The notes beneath the pieces are model-generated. The model was not told where the DNA came from. It did not search any database and was given only the letters and a program-made list of their open reading frames with translations. A DNA stretch of 64,000 nt from the human T2T-CHM13v2.0 reference genome, Homo sapiens. The stretch lies in the NCBI RefSeq assembly GCF_009914755.1, contig NC_060937.1; one strand, written 5' to 3'. Shown here piece after piece: positions 1 to 14,561 of the stretch (position 1 is its first letter; every line of letters begins with the position of its first letter). A program made the position numbers and the translations under genes.

Positions 1-58
1 TGGCACTTCTTTCTTACTCTTTTGATTTTCTTTCAAGAGCAGACTTGAGTGAGCACAG
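1..58 (+). other. Candidate exon (3' part) ending at donor CAG|GTGGGT
   Basis: Donor-like CAG|GTGGGT at 56-64. The frame starting at nt 3 is open (ALLSYSFDFLSRADLSEH). A 21-nt microexon (38-58) after a pyrimidine tract and AAG is an alternative. No homology recognised. Confidence 0.25.
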
Positions 59-78
59 GTGGGTATGGGTGGGTATGA

Positions 79-106
79 GTGTGTGTGTGTGTGTGTGTGT
101 GTGTGT
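79..106. repeat. (GT)n microsatellite
   Basis: About 14 perfect GT units. Confidence 0.95.
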
Positions 107-686
107 TTATATTGGTTAAATTCACTTTCCAAGTATATTATTCTGTTCTGTGTTTCAAATTCTAGCAGATTTGAGAAGTGATTTGGAAATTAGATGTATA
201 ACTTTTCTGGAAATCTACCACTAAAATGTTTCATACACTATAATCATTTTACTTTTATTCCATATTGTATATGGTTAAACATTTCTGAAGATTAAAACTA
301 TAAGAAATAATATTATATTTTATGATAATTTCTACATATAAAGAAAATAAGCTCCTAATGTATTTATATATTTTCTGAGAAGATAAATTCCTAAGTATAT
401 AAAGTAAAATTGAGGTGTATTAATCATTCACAACACGTTACTCTTTTTTTTGAAAACTTGAGCCAGTGAAATAAATATTATTAGTATTCTGAAGAAGTGA
501 CAAATTCAAGCTTTGTTATAATGTTTTCTATGAGAAGCATGAGTTTTCATAAACTATCCTGATAAGTGAAGCATCATTGAAAAAGGACATACCACACTAT
601 CAAATTAGCTTCAAATTTTTATTTCCAAGGTCTTCAACTTTTTTTAATTTGATTTACCAATAAGCTCTCTCTGCTTTTACTTTCAG

Positions 687-920
687 CTACCTCCTTAAGC
701 CCAAAGAAACTTCCATCAGTAGTCATGGAAGACAGGAAATCAGCTGGCCAACAGCATGATATTGTGATGCCCTTTGTGTATTACATTTTTCTAGTTACCC
801 GTAAATGAAAAAGTCTCAAAACACATTTTAAAATTAGGAAATAACATACCGTAGATATAAATATAATAATAGAGACAAAAGAATTGTCACTTTAATAAAC
901 CAATGAAAATGCTAATGCAA
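687..920 (+). other. Candidate terminal exon
   Basis: Acceptor CTCTCTCTGCTTTTACTTTCAG|C, phase-compatible with the donor at 59; stop at 757-759; AATAAA at 894-899; non-repeat sequence. Confidence 0.3.
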
Positions 921-1284
921 TCTGATGAATTGTTCTACCTTTCTAAAAGTTTTCATACCGATTTTTTGATTAAAGGCTCGTAACAACATTATTTTAAAAT
1001 TTAGAAACTGGATCAGATATATATTTTACTATATCATGAATGAGGATAAAAAACAAAGGAAAGCCTTTACATGAACTATATCTATTATTAAAATAGAATG
1101 TTGTGTCTCAAGAAACAGTTTTGACAAACTGATAGGAGGAGCTCTTTCTGTTTAAAAATAAAGAGCATAATTTTTTTTCATATTCATTAAACCATAAAAG
1201 GAGAAAATCCTGAAAAAGTAAATACAAATCTAGAATGTGACTCTTTCAGCAAGGATACATTGTTTACAAGAATTAAACCACAAA

Positions 1285-1697
1285 TTGCAACTAGATTATC
1301 CTAAGGAAAGAAGACAGCCAATTAACTGGACTCACATGACTAAGATATCCAGAGATTTGCTTGTTTCCTGCACTTCTTTTACCAGCAGTTAAAAAAAAAA
1401 ACAAAAACACTCTTAGATCTCTCACTCTTTATTTTCTGACTTTCAGCATTTCTGAGTGTGGAGCTCATTCTCTCTTATTGAACGCAGCTTAACACATAGT
1501 TGGGGAATACTGGTACACGGAGAACCTTATATTGTGCTCAGAAGTCAAGATTCTAAACAGATTTAAAAAAGAAAAATTCCACCTGACAGCAGACAGTTCC
1601 CTGACTCCAACTGGCCTAACTTAATCTTTGATCTTCTGCATGGAATAGGGGAAGCATGGATCCTGAAAGAAAGCCTACAGGAAAGACAAAAAATACA
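1285..1697 (-). mobile_element. Possible old MLT1 (MaLR) LTR remnant
   Basis: Weak resemblance to MLT1J/K-type LTRs, highly diverged. Confidence 0.3.
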
Positions 1698-1974
1698 TAT
1701 TTTCACTAAATTAATAAAATGGAGTATGGGTGCAAACTATCCATGATTTAAAATTTCCAATTAGTACATGCAGGAAATAAGCTTGCAAAAAATCATTTGA
1801 GCCATGAGAATCCCATTCAGTAAGCAAAATGTGCATTAATCACAGATGCATTCATTCAGTAAGAGAGTTAATCTGTATAATACCAGATTCTCTAAAGAGG
1901 AGATTGTGTGTAAAGCCGCTAGGAAAAGCCTTGAGATAGGCTTATTCCACACTTCTTTAAGATAGAAGAGCAGA

Positions 1975-2315
<341 letters not shown>

Positions 2316-2404
2316 TTAGAATCCTTCAGCTGCCTCCATCGGTCCCTTTCAACAATATGCCTAGATGGCAATGCTATCTTCTCTCAGTGCACTATGTGCT
2401 AAAA

Positions 2405-2733
2405 CACAGGTCAGAAAACCTTTTCTGTAAAGGGTCAGATAGTAAATATTTTGGGTATTGCATTCCGTATAGTCTCTGTCTCAAACACTCAATACTACAG
2501 TTTAGCATGAAAGAAGCCATAGACAGTATATAAACAAATGAGCACGGTTGTGCTCTGATATAACATTATTTATGGGCACTGGATTTTGAATATCATATAC
2601 TTTTCATATATCATGCAATATCTCTTGATTTTTGCCCTGACCATTTAAAAACATTAAAACCAGCCTTTACTATGGACTGTAAAATAGGCAGAGGGCCAGA
2701 TTTAGTTCATGGGCCATAGTTTGTCAACCTCTG
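2405..2733 (+). mobile_element. MER58B hAT-Charlie DNA transposon
   Basis: TTTTCTGTAAAGGGTCAGATAGTAAATATTTT start and GGGCCATAGTTTGTCAACCTCTG end; about 330 bp including the B-type middle. Confidence 0.85.
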
Positions 2734-3013
2734 TGTTATAGGACTGCTCTTAAGAGCCGAAGCCTTTAATTTATGAAAGGGAGAAATTAGTTCAAATATA
2801 AATTCAAATATTTTACTTTGTAATTATTATGAATTTACATGTATTTTATCATGTATATCATATATATTTATGCTTTATCCTGGATAATGATTCATTTCAT
2901 TTTCTCAAGATTAAAATCTCCTCATTACTAGATAATACTATAGTTCAACGTATTTTAGATCTCCTTACTAATTACTAATTAATTTATTTTCTCTCCTTCC
3001 CTCCACCACTTCC

Positions 3014-3036
3014 ATTCTCTCTCTCTCTCTCTCTCA
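3014..3036. repeat. (CT)n microsatellite
   Basis: About 11 CT units. Confidence 0.85.
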
Positions 3037-3349
3037 CTTTTTATTACACATATAGAAGAATTAAATTATATTCATATATTAGAGGTAATATTCAGTAGTT
3101 ATTCTAGATTTTCTATGTACAAAATCATGCTTTTTGTAGATGCTTTTTTATTATTGCTAGTGAGCAATAATAAAAGTTTTATATATTTATTTCCAATTCC
3201 TATACTGTTGAGGACCTTTAGTATACTGCTTTACAGAAGTAGTACTACTAGACACTCTTGTCTCATTAGCAGGGGATGTTTTTATGAATTGTCTATTGAA
3301 TATGATATTCTTTTTGGTTTTCTTTATCGAATTGAATTTTTTTATTCCT

Positions 3350-4150
3350 AGTTTATCATGAACTTTATGATTATTATGGATTCCCACGTGCATACCATAC
3401 AATTTACTTTATTGGTGTATGGTTCCAGGGACATTAGCATATGTATACATTTGTATAACCACCACCACAATCAGAATACAGAGCAATTCTATAATTCCAA
3501 GATATTCCATGGTGCTGTCTTTGTTGTAGCCAAAACTTTGCCTGATCCCAATTCTTGGCAACAACTAACCTGTTCTTCTTTCCTGTAGTTTTACCTTTTC
3601 CAGAATATCACATGGAATCATACAGTATATAACCTAACACTGGCTTCTTTCATCCAGAATAATGCATTTGAAATTCATTCACAACATTGCATGTATAGTT
3701 AATTTATTCATTTTTAGTAGTAATAAATTGAATGTGTATGTACAGTGTGTTTGTCCATTCATCGATTGATGTGCATTTGGGTTGTTTCTAATTTTAGTCA
3801 ATTATAAATAGACCTGCTATAAACTCACATGTACAGATTATTGCATGAACATAAGATGTTATTTATCTAGGGTGGATACCTATTAGTGGGATTGCTGGGT
3901 CTTATGGTTAATTGCATATTTAACTTAAAATAGAATATGCCAGAATGGCTGTACCATTTTTCATTCCCACCAGAAATGAATGAAGGTATCATTTTTGTTG
4001 ACTTTTTGTGAGCACTCAGTCTGTTGACTTATTGGATTTTCATATATTGTATTTGTATATTATATATTTTTCAAATTATAATAGGTATGTATTTGCAGCT
4101 CATTGTTACCCTAATGTTTCATGACATTGAGCATTATTTTATAAATTTTG
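3350..4150 (-). mobile_element. Old L1M (L1MC/MD-like) 3' end
   Basis: Diagnostic antisense motifs GTATAACCACCACCACAATC, GGAATCATACAGTAT, TTGGGTTGTTTC, AGTGGGATTGCTGGGTC. Confidence 0.75.
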
Positions 4151-4179
4151 GTTTATCATTATAATGTGTAGAATCTAAT

Positions 4180-4291
4180 ATACGAGTGGCTTATATCAAC
4201 AGAAATGTATTTCTCACAGCTCCAGAAGCTAAGCAGTCCAAGATCAAAGTGCCCACAGATGCAGTGTCTGGTGACAGCACTTTTCCTGGCT
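4180..4291 (-). mobile_element. MLT1-type MaLR LTR fragment
   Basis: CAACAGAAATGTATTTCTCACAG...GTCCAAGATCAAAGTGCC...GTGTCTGGTGA. Confidence 0.75.
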
Positions 4292-4551
4292 GAAGTTAGT
4301 TCGGCATGAAGTTAGCATATTTCTTTCAACGGTAATTAATTTGGATAAAGTTTCTTAGTGTTTTAAATATTGTTACAGCCTTAATAAATTGTCATATTTT
4401 CAATATGGAAATGCAGTTTTACACAGTTATGCATGTTTATAGTCTTAATTGGTAAGTATCATAATAATAAAATCAGAGAAGTTTATACAAAACAAAATAT
4501 TCTTGGTAGAGATGCCCCAGACAGCTGATTTAACTGAATTCTAGAAAGCTG

Positions 4552-4693
4552 AATTATATATATATTTATATAATTTTTATATATAATTTTATATTTATAT
4601 AATATGTAAATATATAAATATTTATTTATAAATATATTTATTATAAATATATATAAATATATATTTATATATATAAATATATTTATATTTTAT
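4552..4693. repeat. AT-only low-complexity tract
   Basis: About 140 bp of TA/TTA/TAA with a single G. Confidence 0.9.
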
Positions 4694-5264
4694 GTCTCTT
4701 TATTCAAAATATACCTATTTAAGTGAATTCAATATAAAATAATTATAACACATAGTGAAATAATCTTAACTTTCAGGTGGACCGACACAATTTAAAGCAG
4801 TTTAGATGTGTTTAAGATGTTATTATGACATATCAAGACAAATCTACAGTTGAGATTTCTAAATATAACTGTTATTAGAAAATGTCTGAATTTACTTGCT
4901 ATGAACTTTAATTATCTTAAAATCGGATTCTTCTAAAGTAAGCCAGTAAACTAAATACTGCAAGATTTAAATTTTTTTAATGATTGAATTGAAAAAAAAA
5001 ATCTAAGGTTAAACTGAAAAATTACCCACTGTCATACAGAGTGTTCCCATATAGCATCATTTAAAGTAGTATAGTTAGAAAACAAATATACTAAAGAGTA
5101 AAACACCAAGTATTCTACTATTTTGCCTCATTTACTGTGTTTCCAGGAAGCATTCTGATTTTTGTAATTCATCAGATTAACATAAATTTTTTTCACCTTA
5201 GCTACAAAGGCAGAAAGGGAAGCATCTATTTTTGTTAGTAGATGTCAGGACTTGCTTTTTTGTT

Positions 5265-5610
5265 TTTCTCTTTGGAATGCTCTTCTCCTAGGCAATCTAT
5301 ATGATCCACAGTTCCTCACTTAGCTCTACACCTTCTTTCTGTACTTAAGCATCATTTTTTCAGAACAACTTTTTCTGACTACTTTCTAAAATACCCAACC
5401 CACTAATTTGTTCCTTAACCCTGCTTTATTTTCCTCCAAAGTAGATATCATTGCCTAACACACTAAATAATTATTTGATTATTTTCTGTATTCTTGCATG
5501 AGAACTTAAGCTCCATGAAACCAGAGGCGGTCTCTGTTTCATTTTCTGCCTTTTGAATACCCAACATCTTGTAGTTATGGTATAAGTATTTGATGAGTGA
5601 AAAAAAATGA
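5265..5610 (+). mobile_element. L2a 3' end
   Basis: GGAATGCTCTTC...CCCTGCTTTATTTT...TAAGCTCCATGA...TAAGTATTTGATGAGTGAA. Confidence 0.65.
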
Positions 5611-5619
5611 AAAAAAAAT

Positions 5620-5848
5620 CATAGGATGTACAATGCAAACAATGAATCCTAATGTAGGTTATAGAATTTAATTAATAATAGTGTTTCAATATTGACATCA
5701 ATTTTTACAAATGTACCATGCAGATGAGAGCTTTTAATAATAAGGAGAACTAGGGGGATGGAAGACAACGTAATACAGAAATTCTATACATTCAACTTAC
5801 TTTTTCTGTAAAACTAAAATTTCTCTAAAAACATCTATAAATTAAAAG
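5620..5848 (+). mobile_element. L1MC 3' terminus
   Basis: TGAATCCTAATGTA...ACAAATGTACCA...TTTTCTGTAAAACTAAAATTTCTCTAAAA. Confidence 0.7.
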
Positions 5849-5944
5849 ATGGAAGAGGTAGAGTAAGAGAAGGAGAAGAAAAAAGAGGAAAAGAAGAAAG
5901 GGAGATGGTGAGAGAATAAAGGAGAAAAAGGAAGAGATGGAGGG
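5849..5944. repeat. GA-rich low complexity
   Basis: Purine-rich tract. Confidence 0.7.
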
Positions 5945-6029
5945 TGCACATTGAGTTAAAATTGTGTTTATTTATGAGTATAACCTCTAATAAGTACATA
6001 CGCTAGCCTGACATTTGAAGACGTTGCAT

Positions 6030-6420
6030 TTCTTAGGGTCTTACAGGAATCAGCTGGCACAATGAGACTGAAACTAAAGACAGTTAAAAATAAACAGACA
6101 ACGTATAGGAAACCTGAGACGCAGAATTCAGCACCTCAGGGCCAGTAACAGTAGGGCTCTGTCATCACTCCTAGGACTGAAGAACCTTTAGAGGAAGCTG
6201 AACAAACCCCCTAGAGGGATACAGGCAGCCTGAACCAATCCCACAGGGAGAAATCCAAGTGAGTGAATAAGCACACTTGCTCTTTTTCTTCAATATTCTT
6301 CTGAGGCTCTTCTGTTTGTGCAACCCAAGCAGAAGCCAGAGAAGCAGGGACGTTGTTGCAGGCTAGTTTCCTGATGAAAAATGGGAGGAAGAGAGAGAGT
6401 AGATCTGCTGGGGCTGATCG
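6030..6420 (-). mobile_element. LTR33-like ERVL LTR
   Basis: AACCCAAGCAGAAGCCAGAG...GAGAGTAGATCTG matches the reverse of the LTR33 5' part. Confidence 0.55.
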
Positions 6421-6989
6421 ATTCGTTCATACTCACAGAACTGTCTTTGCAGATCCTGTACCCTAAATTTGATTTGATATAAGAAACTGTGGAAGGCTTA
6501 GGCAAAATATTAGACCTCACAATCTCAAGTGAGATTTTCTTTTAGTCTCTTCTGATGTTTTGTCTCTATAATTAGATTTTAAAAAATCTTTTTCTACCAC
6601 TTAAGTCTTATTTTGATTAACTGAATTTAAGTTATTGTTTCTCTTCCATGAATCTTTGAATCAGTAGCCTGCAAATTACACTAATTTTTTAGATCTGGCA
6701 AACTAATTTTCTTTTCTGTTTAGTTTTCCATGAACTAAAGGCAACTTTACCCAAACCTCTATCTTGTAGGTCTGAGCCCAATACTTTGAATCATAGCAAG
6801 TTGATGTTGGCCACAGGCCTTCAAGACTCAGTGACACCACTGTCTTCACAACTTTCTGCTATTCTCTCCCTTTTTTTCCCATTTTAAAATTAATTTTCTT
6901 CTTACAACTTTGGTTATAAATTACTAGTGCTATCAATAATTATAATAACAATAATAGTAATTATGACAAATCCTGATAGTAATTACAAT

Positions 6990-7198
6990 GTAACTGTTAT
7001 GTTTCTAAATAATGTTAAGAGTTAGCTCATTTAATAATCCAACTGGCCCTATGCAGCAATTACCATTATCATCTATTTACAGATGAGAAAATTGAGACAG
7101 AACATTTATGTACCTTGTTGATCTCACTGCTGGTGTGGAAGAGAAAAGATTCTAACCACATTGGCTGGCATCTAAGTCCAGGATCTTAATTATTACAC
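6990..7198 (-). mobile_element. MIR
   Basis: Core ATTTACAGATGAGAAAATTGAGACAGA. Confidence 0.7.
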
Positions 7199-7881
7199 AA
7201 AATCATCTCCCTTGAATAGCATTTTCTTTCATTGCCCATATGTCCACCCCATGAGACTGTCACCATGTCATACTTAGTAGGTATTGTAACTTTATTAACA
7301 TCAAGGTTTCCCTGCTGGTCTTTTCCTTCCTCTACCCTTGATAGACTTACATCACATTCTAACAAATTACAAAATATTAAAATTATTTGATAGTAATTTC
7401 AAAGGGACTTACAAAATGAAGATGTAAAATGCTTGCTATTATTCTTTAAAATAAATCAAAGCAAATGGAGTTGCTTAAAAAGTCATTAAAACCTAGAACT
7501 TTCACTCAAATATCTCAATTTGTAGAGATTTGAGGCTATTTTTTACAATATGTATCAGTATATACTTTTTTTGAACTTATTAGGTTAAAATTTATATAAA
7601 TTTCAAAAATATTTGGCTTTCTAAATGAAATATCTTTGAATAGTTTAACTTTTGACTTTTTATCTCTTGCAGTCCACCACTCTTCTTGTTTTAGAACTTT
7701 AACACTCAAGGGAAATCATGGTTTTTTTTTTAATGTTTTGCCTGATAGAATAAATATATGACAGATTTTTTTCCCCACTTAGTGGTATTTTACGTACGTC
7801 ACTAAAAATGTGCTCAATGAGGATGTGTAGGGTGCTTGAATCAGTTTTTATTTTTTTTCTCCTAGAATTGTAAGCTGGAAG

Positions 7882-7884
<3 letters not shown>

Positions 7885-7930
<46 letters not shown>
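7885..7930. repeat. (TTA)n microsatellite
   Basis: About 15 perfect units. Confidence 0.95.
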
Positions 7931-8899
7931 CCTGTTTCCAAAACCTGGGAACAGGATAATATTAATAATAATAACCAAAGCACTATTCTGTCACTTATTT
8001 CCCAATTACCATTATCATTTTTTCCCATTCTAACTCTAGTTGAAAATTTAGGTTTCCCAAGGTTAACTTTTTTTTGAAAGATATTAAAAATGATATTAAA
8101 ATGTAATTTCAAATAAAGTAATCCTCTCTTTTACTCTTTTTATCCCTCTCCCCTCTTTACATCTTCCTTCTCCTCCTCTTTCTCTTTACAAGGCAGGCAA
8201 AGCACAGAGTTCTACCAAGCAGATAAGACACCGTGAGGATGAAAATAAAAATTTTGTATTTGCAACAAATGTGTATTCTGCAAGTGAAATTGAACCTGTC
8301 TTCTGAAAGTTAAAAAATTAGGATATTTCATCTTTGTACAAAAATATACAAATATAAGGCAGGATAGAAGGAGAATATAGAGGAAAGACACATGCAGCTA
8401 CCTATCTTTGTCATCTGAGCATAAGTGAAGGATAAAATGTTACAAATACAAATAATTTATCACAAATATGCTTTGGAATGTTTTCAGTGTGTCAGGATTG
8501 ATATTAACCTGCACAAGAATGCCTAAAAGCAAGATTGGGAATGAAAAATTGGCAAGACATTATAATGAAACACCAGTTTCCTTTGTTCAAGTTGCCTGGA
8601 GCCCTTTATCCATCTTCTGGCCTTACCTCCTCACTGTATTTCTAGAAAATGATTTCTCCATGATGAGCTTCCTATATTCAACTATGTGCAATAACTGAAA
8701 ATAAAAGAATTGTGGAAAATTTCTAAAAATGTTGCACAGAAAATAGGAAAAAGGAAAATAATAACAAGAATAAGAAATCACAGAAATATTACCAAATCAG
8801 AAAAGTGACACTCTAAAGGACTCTAAAAGGTAAACATTCTGATAAAAAATATTTCCCATGAAATCTAAGAATATAGTTACAATATGGCCTCTGGATTTA

Positions 8900-9720
8900 C
8901 AGGCTTCAAAAAAGATCTACAGTGGCTTAAGAAAGAAATTACACAAAACTAGTAAGATCAATTTTGAGCTTTCAAGCCTTAGAAAATAAATTCAAGGAAA
9001 AACAAAAGTTATCAGGAAAACGAAAGCATATTGTTAATTTAAGAGGAAGAGTGGAAATAAGAGCATAGAAGAGTAACAAAAAAAGAAAGAGAACTCCATT
9101 AATAAGAACTTAAATATAGTTATAGATATGTTAGACTAGGAGAAGAAATAGTGATGAAAATGAAAGAGACAAGAGCATATAATTCACATGAAAGAGATAA
9201 AGGTTATTCCTGCATAGTTGTATAATCAGTATTTTTGAAGAAGAGAAAAGAATAAATAAAAATAAATCTAGAAAAACATTTTTAAAAAACTTATTGAATA
9301 CTATAATTTCAATAAAAACTTGAATGTAAATATTAAAAGCAGGCAACTGGACTTCTGGCAAACATGACTCAAATATATTTATGCCAAGATCAATTTTTAA
9401 AATTTGTTAGGATTCATCAGTGAATAATTATCTGCGTATCCAAATCAGAAATCATACATATGAGGAAAAAAACTAAAAATAGAAATATCAGGCTAGATTA
9501 AGGTCTATCCATAGCAGCAATCACTGATAGAGCTCAGGGAAGCAAATTCTAAGAATTTAAGAAAATTTACATAAATTTTTTTCTAACCAAAACTTCATTC
9601 AACTTGGAAGATAACAGAAGATATGTGGAAATATTTAAATATAAATAGATTGTAGTCTCCAGAGTCCTTGAGAAAAATTACAAGTAAAATATTTAAACAA
9701 CAAAATAATAATACAATGAA
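8900..9720 (+). mobile_element. Ancient L1/HAL1 ORF1-region remnant
   Basis: A-rich degenerate sequence with ORF1-like motifs (AAATATCAGGCTAG, CCAAAACTTCATTCAA). Confidence 0.4.
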
Positions 9721-10005
9721 TAATGGTGTCTGCAGTAACAGCACAGAAAGTAAAATAATAATAGCACATCAATTAGTTTAGAGCAAAATGAGAAATTAGA
9801 ATACTTCCTTAACACATTTTCCTTTGATTGTTGATATATTTCATTCTCTATTTCAACTTTATGTCTTTGCATAAATAGAAAATGAGTGAGATAGAGAAAA
9901 ATCTCTCATCATAATTAATGATGAAGCACATGAATATCTCATTAAGGATCAGGATAAGATGCTGACTATTGTCAACCAATTCCTTTCAACTAAATTTAAA
10001 ATAGT

Positions 10006-11861
<1,856 letters not shown>

Positions 11862-12074
11862 AACATATGTGACTTCTAATGTGCCCACTTGGCTTATAAG
11901 CATTGGGCATTACAGAGAATTACCTTCCATATACTTTTTTTGTTTTTTGCTGGGAGGCACTTCTTTGCATGATTGAACTGATTAGGATTTCCCAAGGCTT
12001 GAGAACAAGAAAAAGGAAAGCAGTCAGCAGTTACCTTCTTTAAAAATAAATGGACACATAATGAAATTGACTCT

Positions 12075-12620
12075 TAATGTTTCTACATTTTTATGGGGTA
12101 CATGTCTAATTTTATTACATGCACAGAATATGTAATGATCAAGTCAGGGGATTCAGGTTATCTATCACCGGGAGCATTTATCACTTATATAATGTGTTGG
12201 GAGCATTTCAAATCCTCTCTTCTAGCTATTTTGAAATATACAATATGTTGTTGCTGACTATAGTTATCCTACTCTGCTATCAAACATTAGAAGTTATTCC
12301 TTCTATCTTTCTGTATGTTTGTACCATGAACCAACTTCTCTTTATCCCCTGCCACTGCCCCGCCCCACGCATATGCACCCTTCCCATCCTCTAGTGACTA
12401 TCATTCTACTCTCTATCTCTGTGACATCATTTTTTTTTTTTTTTTTAGCTCCCAATAGGAGAGAGAACATGTGACATTTGTCTTTCTGTTTCTGGCTTAT
12501 TTCGCTTAACATAACAACCTTTAGTTCTATTCATGTTGCTACAAATGACAAACTTTTATTCCTTTTCATGTCCCAGTAATATCCCATTGTATATATATTT
12601 TCTTTCACCATTCATCCAGG
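12075..12620 (-). mobile_element. L1MA (MA3/4-like) 3' end
   Basis: TGTAATGATCAAGTCAGGG...TCTTCTAGCTATTTTGAAATATACAAT...CTGGCTTATTTCGCTTAACATAA. Confidence 0.85.
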
Positions 12621-13119
12621 CAAGGAGTTGGCACCATAGTGTTAAGGTCTTCCTTCAGAAAACCCATGTTTTGTGAATGTGCAGTAGTCCATGCATCATT
12701 TTATTTGTTAGTATGGATTTATTTTGTCTGCACTGTTCTTTTGTATGTTTTTGCATTATAGTTTCAATTACATTGACTATCACATGGTTGTTTTGTTTGT
12801 TAACTATAGAAGAAATTGTAAACCAGTAATGTCACTGATGCTTATTTTTCTAATGATGAGAACAGACCTAGTTTTGTTTTTCCATGAATAGATTGCTATT
12901 TTAAGTCAGGGATAGACTAGATAATGCAGATGGATTATCATATACATAAGATAATAAAATGGAATTTAAATTCAGTAAATGGCTTGTTACATAATTAATA
13001 GACAAAATCAACAGTTTTTGTACATTAAAAATGTTTTAGAAAGTGTAAGGTAATAAATAGCTGCATTATTTGTAGCAACGAAAGAATAGCATCCTAGAAA
13101 TAAACCTCAGAAGAAATAG

Positions 13120-13429
<310 letters not shown>

Positions 13430-13539
13430 AGAAAACATTTAATCTTTGAAAGAGTATTGTCATAAGTAAACTGATGATCTGTTTAAAGCTCTCTTTGAGG
13501 GGAAACACATCCATCCCTCTCCTAATAAAGATATCATCT

Positions 13540-13835
13540 GTTGAATGCATACTCCTGTGGCTCTCACTAAAACTTTCCTTCTGTGATAGGACAATGTCTT
13601 CCCAAGGTTACAACACCTTCCAGAGATCTGCCTACAGTCACTGGCTGGCTAATGTGAGAAGATTAAGTCCTGGTCCTTGCCTCTATTTGGGACAAATATG
13701 AAGAACCATCCCAGCTCCACACCACCTCCTGGAATCAATTGCATCCTTACTTGCAAATGCATTGCGAGCCAGCTTCTTCTGCCCAAACCTGACTTTCTTT
13801 CATGCCTTTACTGCTACTCTCTGAGGTGTACTTGG
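13540..13835 (+). mobile_element. LTR16-family ERVL LTR fragment
   Basis: TGGGACAAATATGAAGAACCATCCCAGCTCCA...CTTCTGCCCAAACCTG. Confidence 0.6.
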
Positions 13836-14561
13836 GATTGGCATTTCCTTGTTCTCTTGGCTAAAACTGTGGTTGTGAACAGCAAGAGAAAGCATCGACT
13901 ACACTCACAAAGTAATTTTTACAGGTGTCCTGCCTTAGTTCCATTAGAGTTTACTGGAACATTCCTGTATTCAGAGCTATCACATGCTTGCCTAGATTAA
14001 CAGAATATTTTGTTTTTCCTCTTTGGCCATTTATCCTTCAGTAAGAAGACCCAAATTATGGGATCTAGGATCTCAGATGCCATTCTGAATTCGTAACATA
14101 TGAATGAGTTTATATAGAGAAATGTAACCTAAGTGTCTTCAAAACCTTAATGGTTTAAGGTCTTTATTCCTTTAATATCCAATAAAATAACTTCAACATA
14201 TGTCTGAGAAGATCTGGGAAGTGTTTATACGCAATACATTTTCTAAGGCAGAATTAAGAATTTCGCCACTGGAGCACAGATGAGTAGGCAACGCAGTCTG
14301 CTTTGGGAGCAGGGAATCACAAAAGGAAACACATAAATTAGATCCTGAAGGAATGTCAAAGAATAATCAAAGTTTTACATTGGCTTTTATACTTGGAAAC
14401 TTTAGACAACCTAACCATCTCAAGGGAAAACAGCAAACTAAGCTTTTGTTTTAAATTCCAGAAAGCTGCAGGTTTTTATGATATGCGAATAAATAATAAG
14501 TGTGAAAACAATTTTTAAAATTCAACTTTTAAATTTATTTACATATAAAATGAATACAATA

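Noticed and set aside
8120-8250. Strong pyrimidine tract plus AG followed by GTGAGG and AATAAA
   Set aside because: The tract is CT low-complexity sequence, the donor is weak, and there is no supporting partner exon
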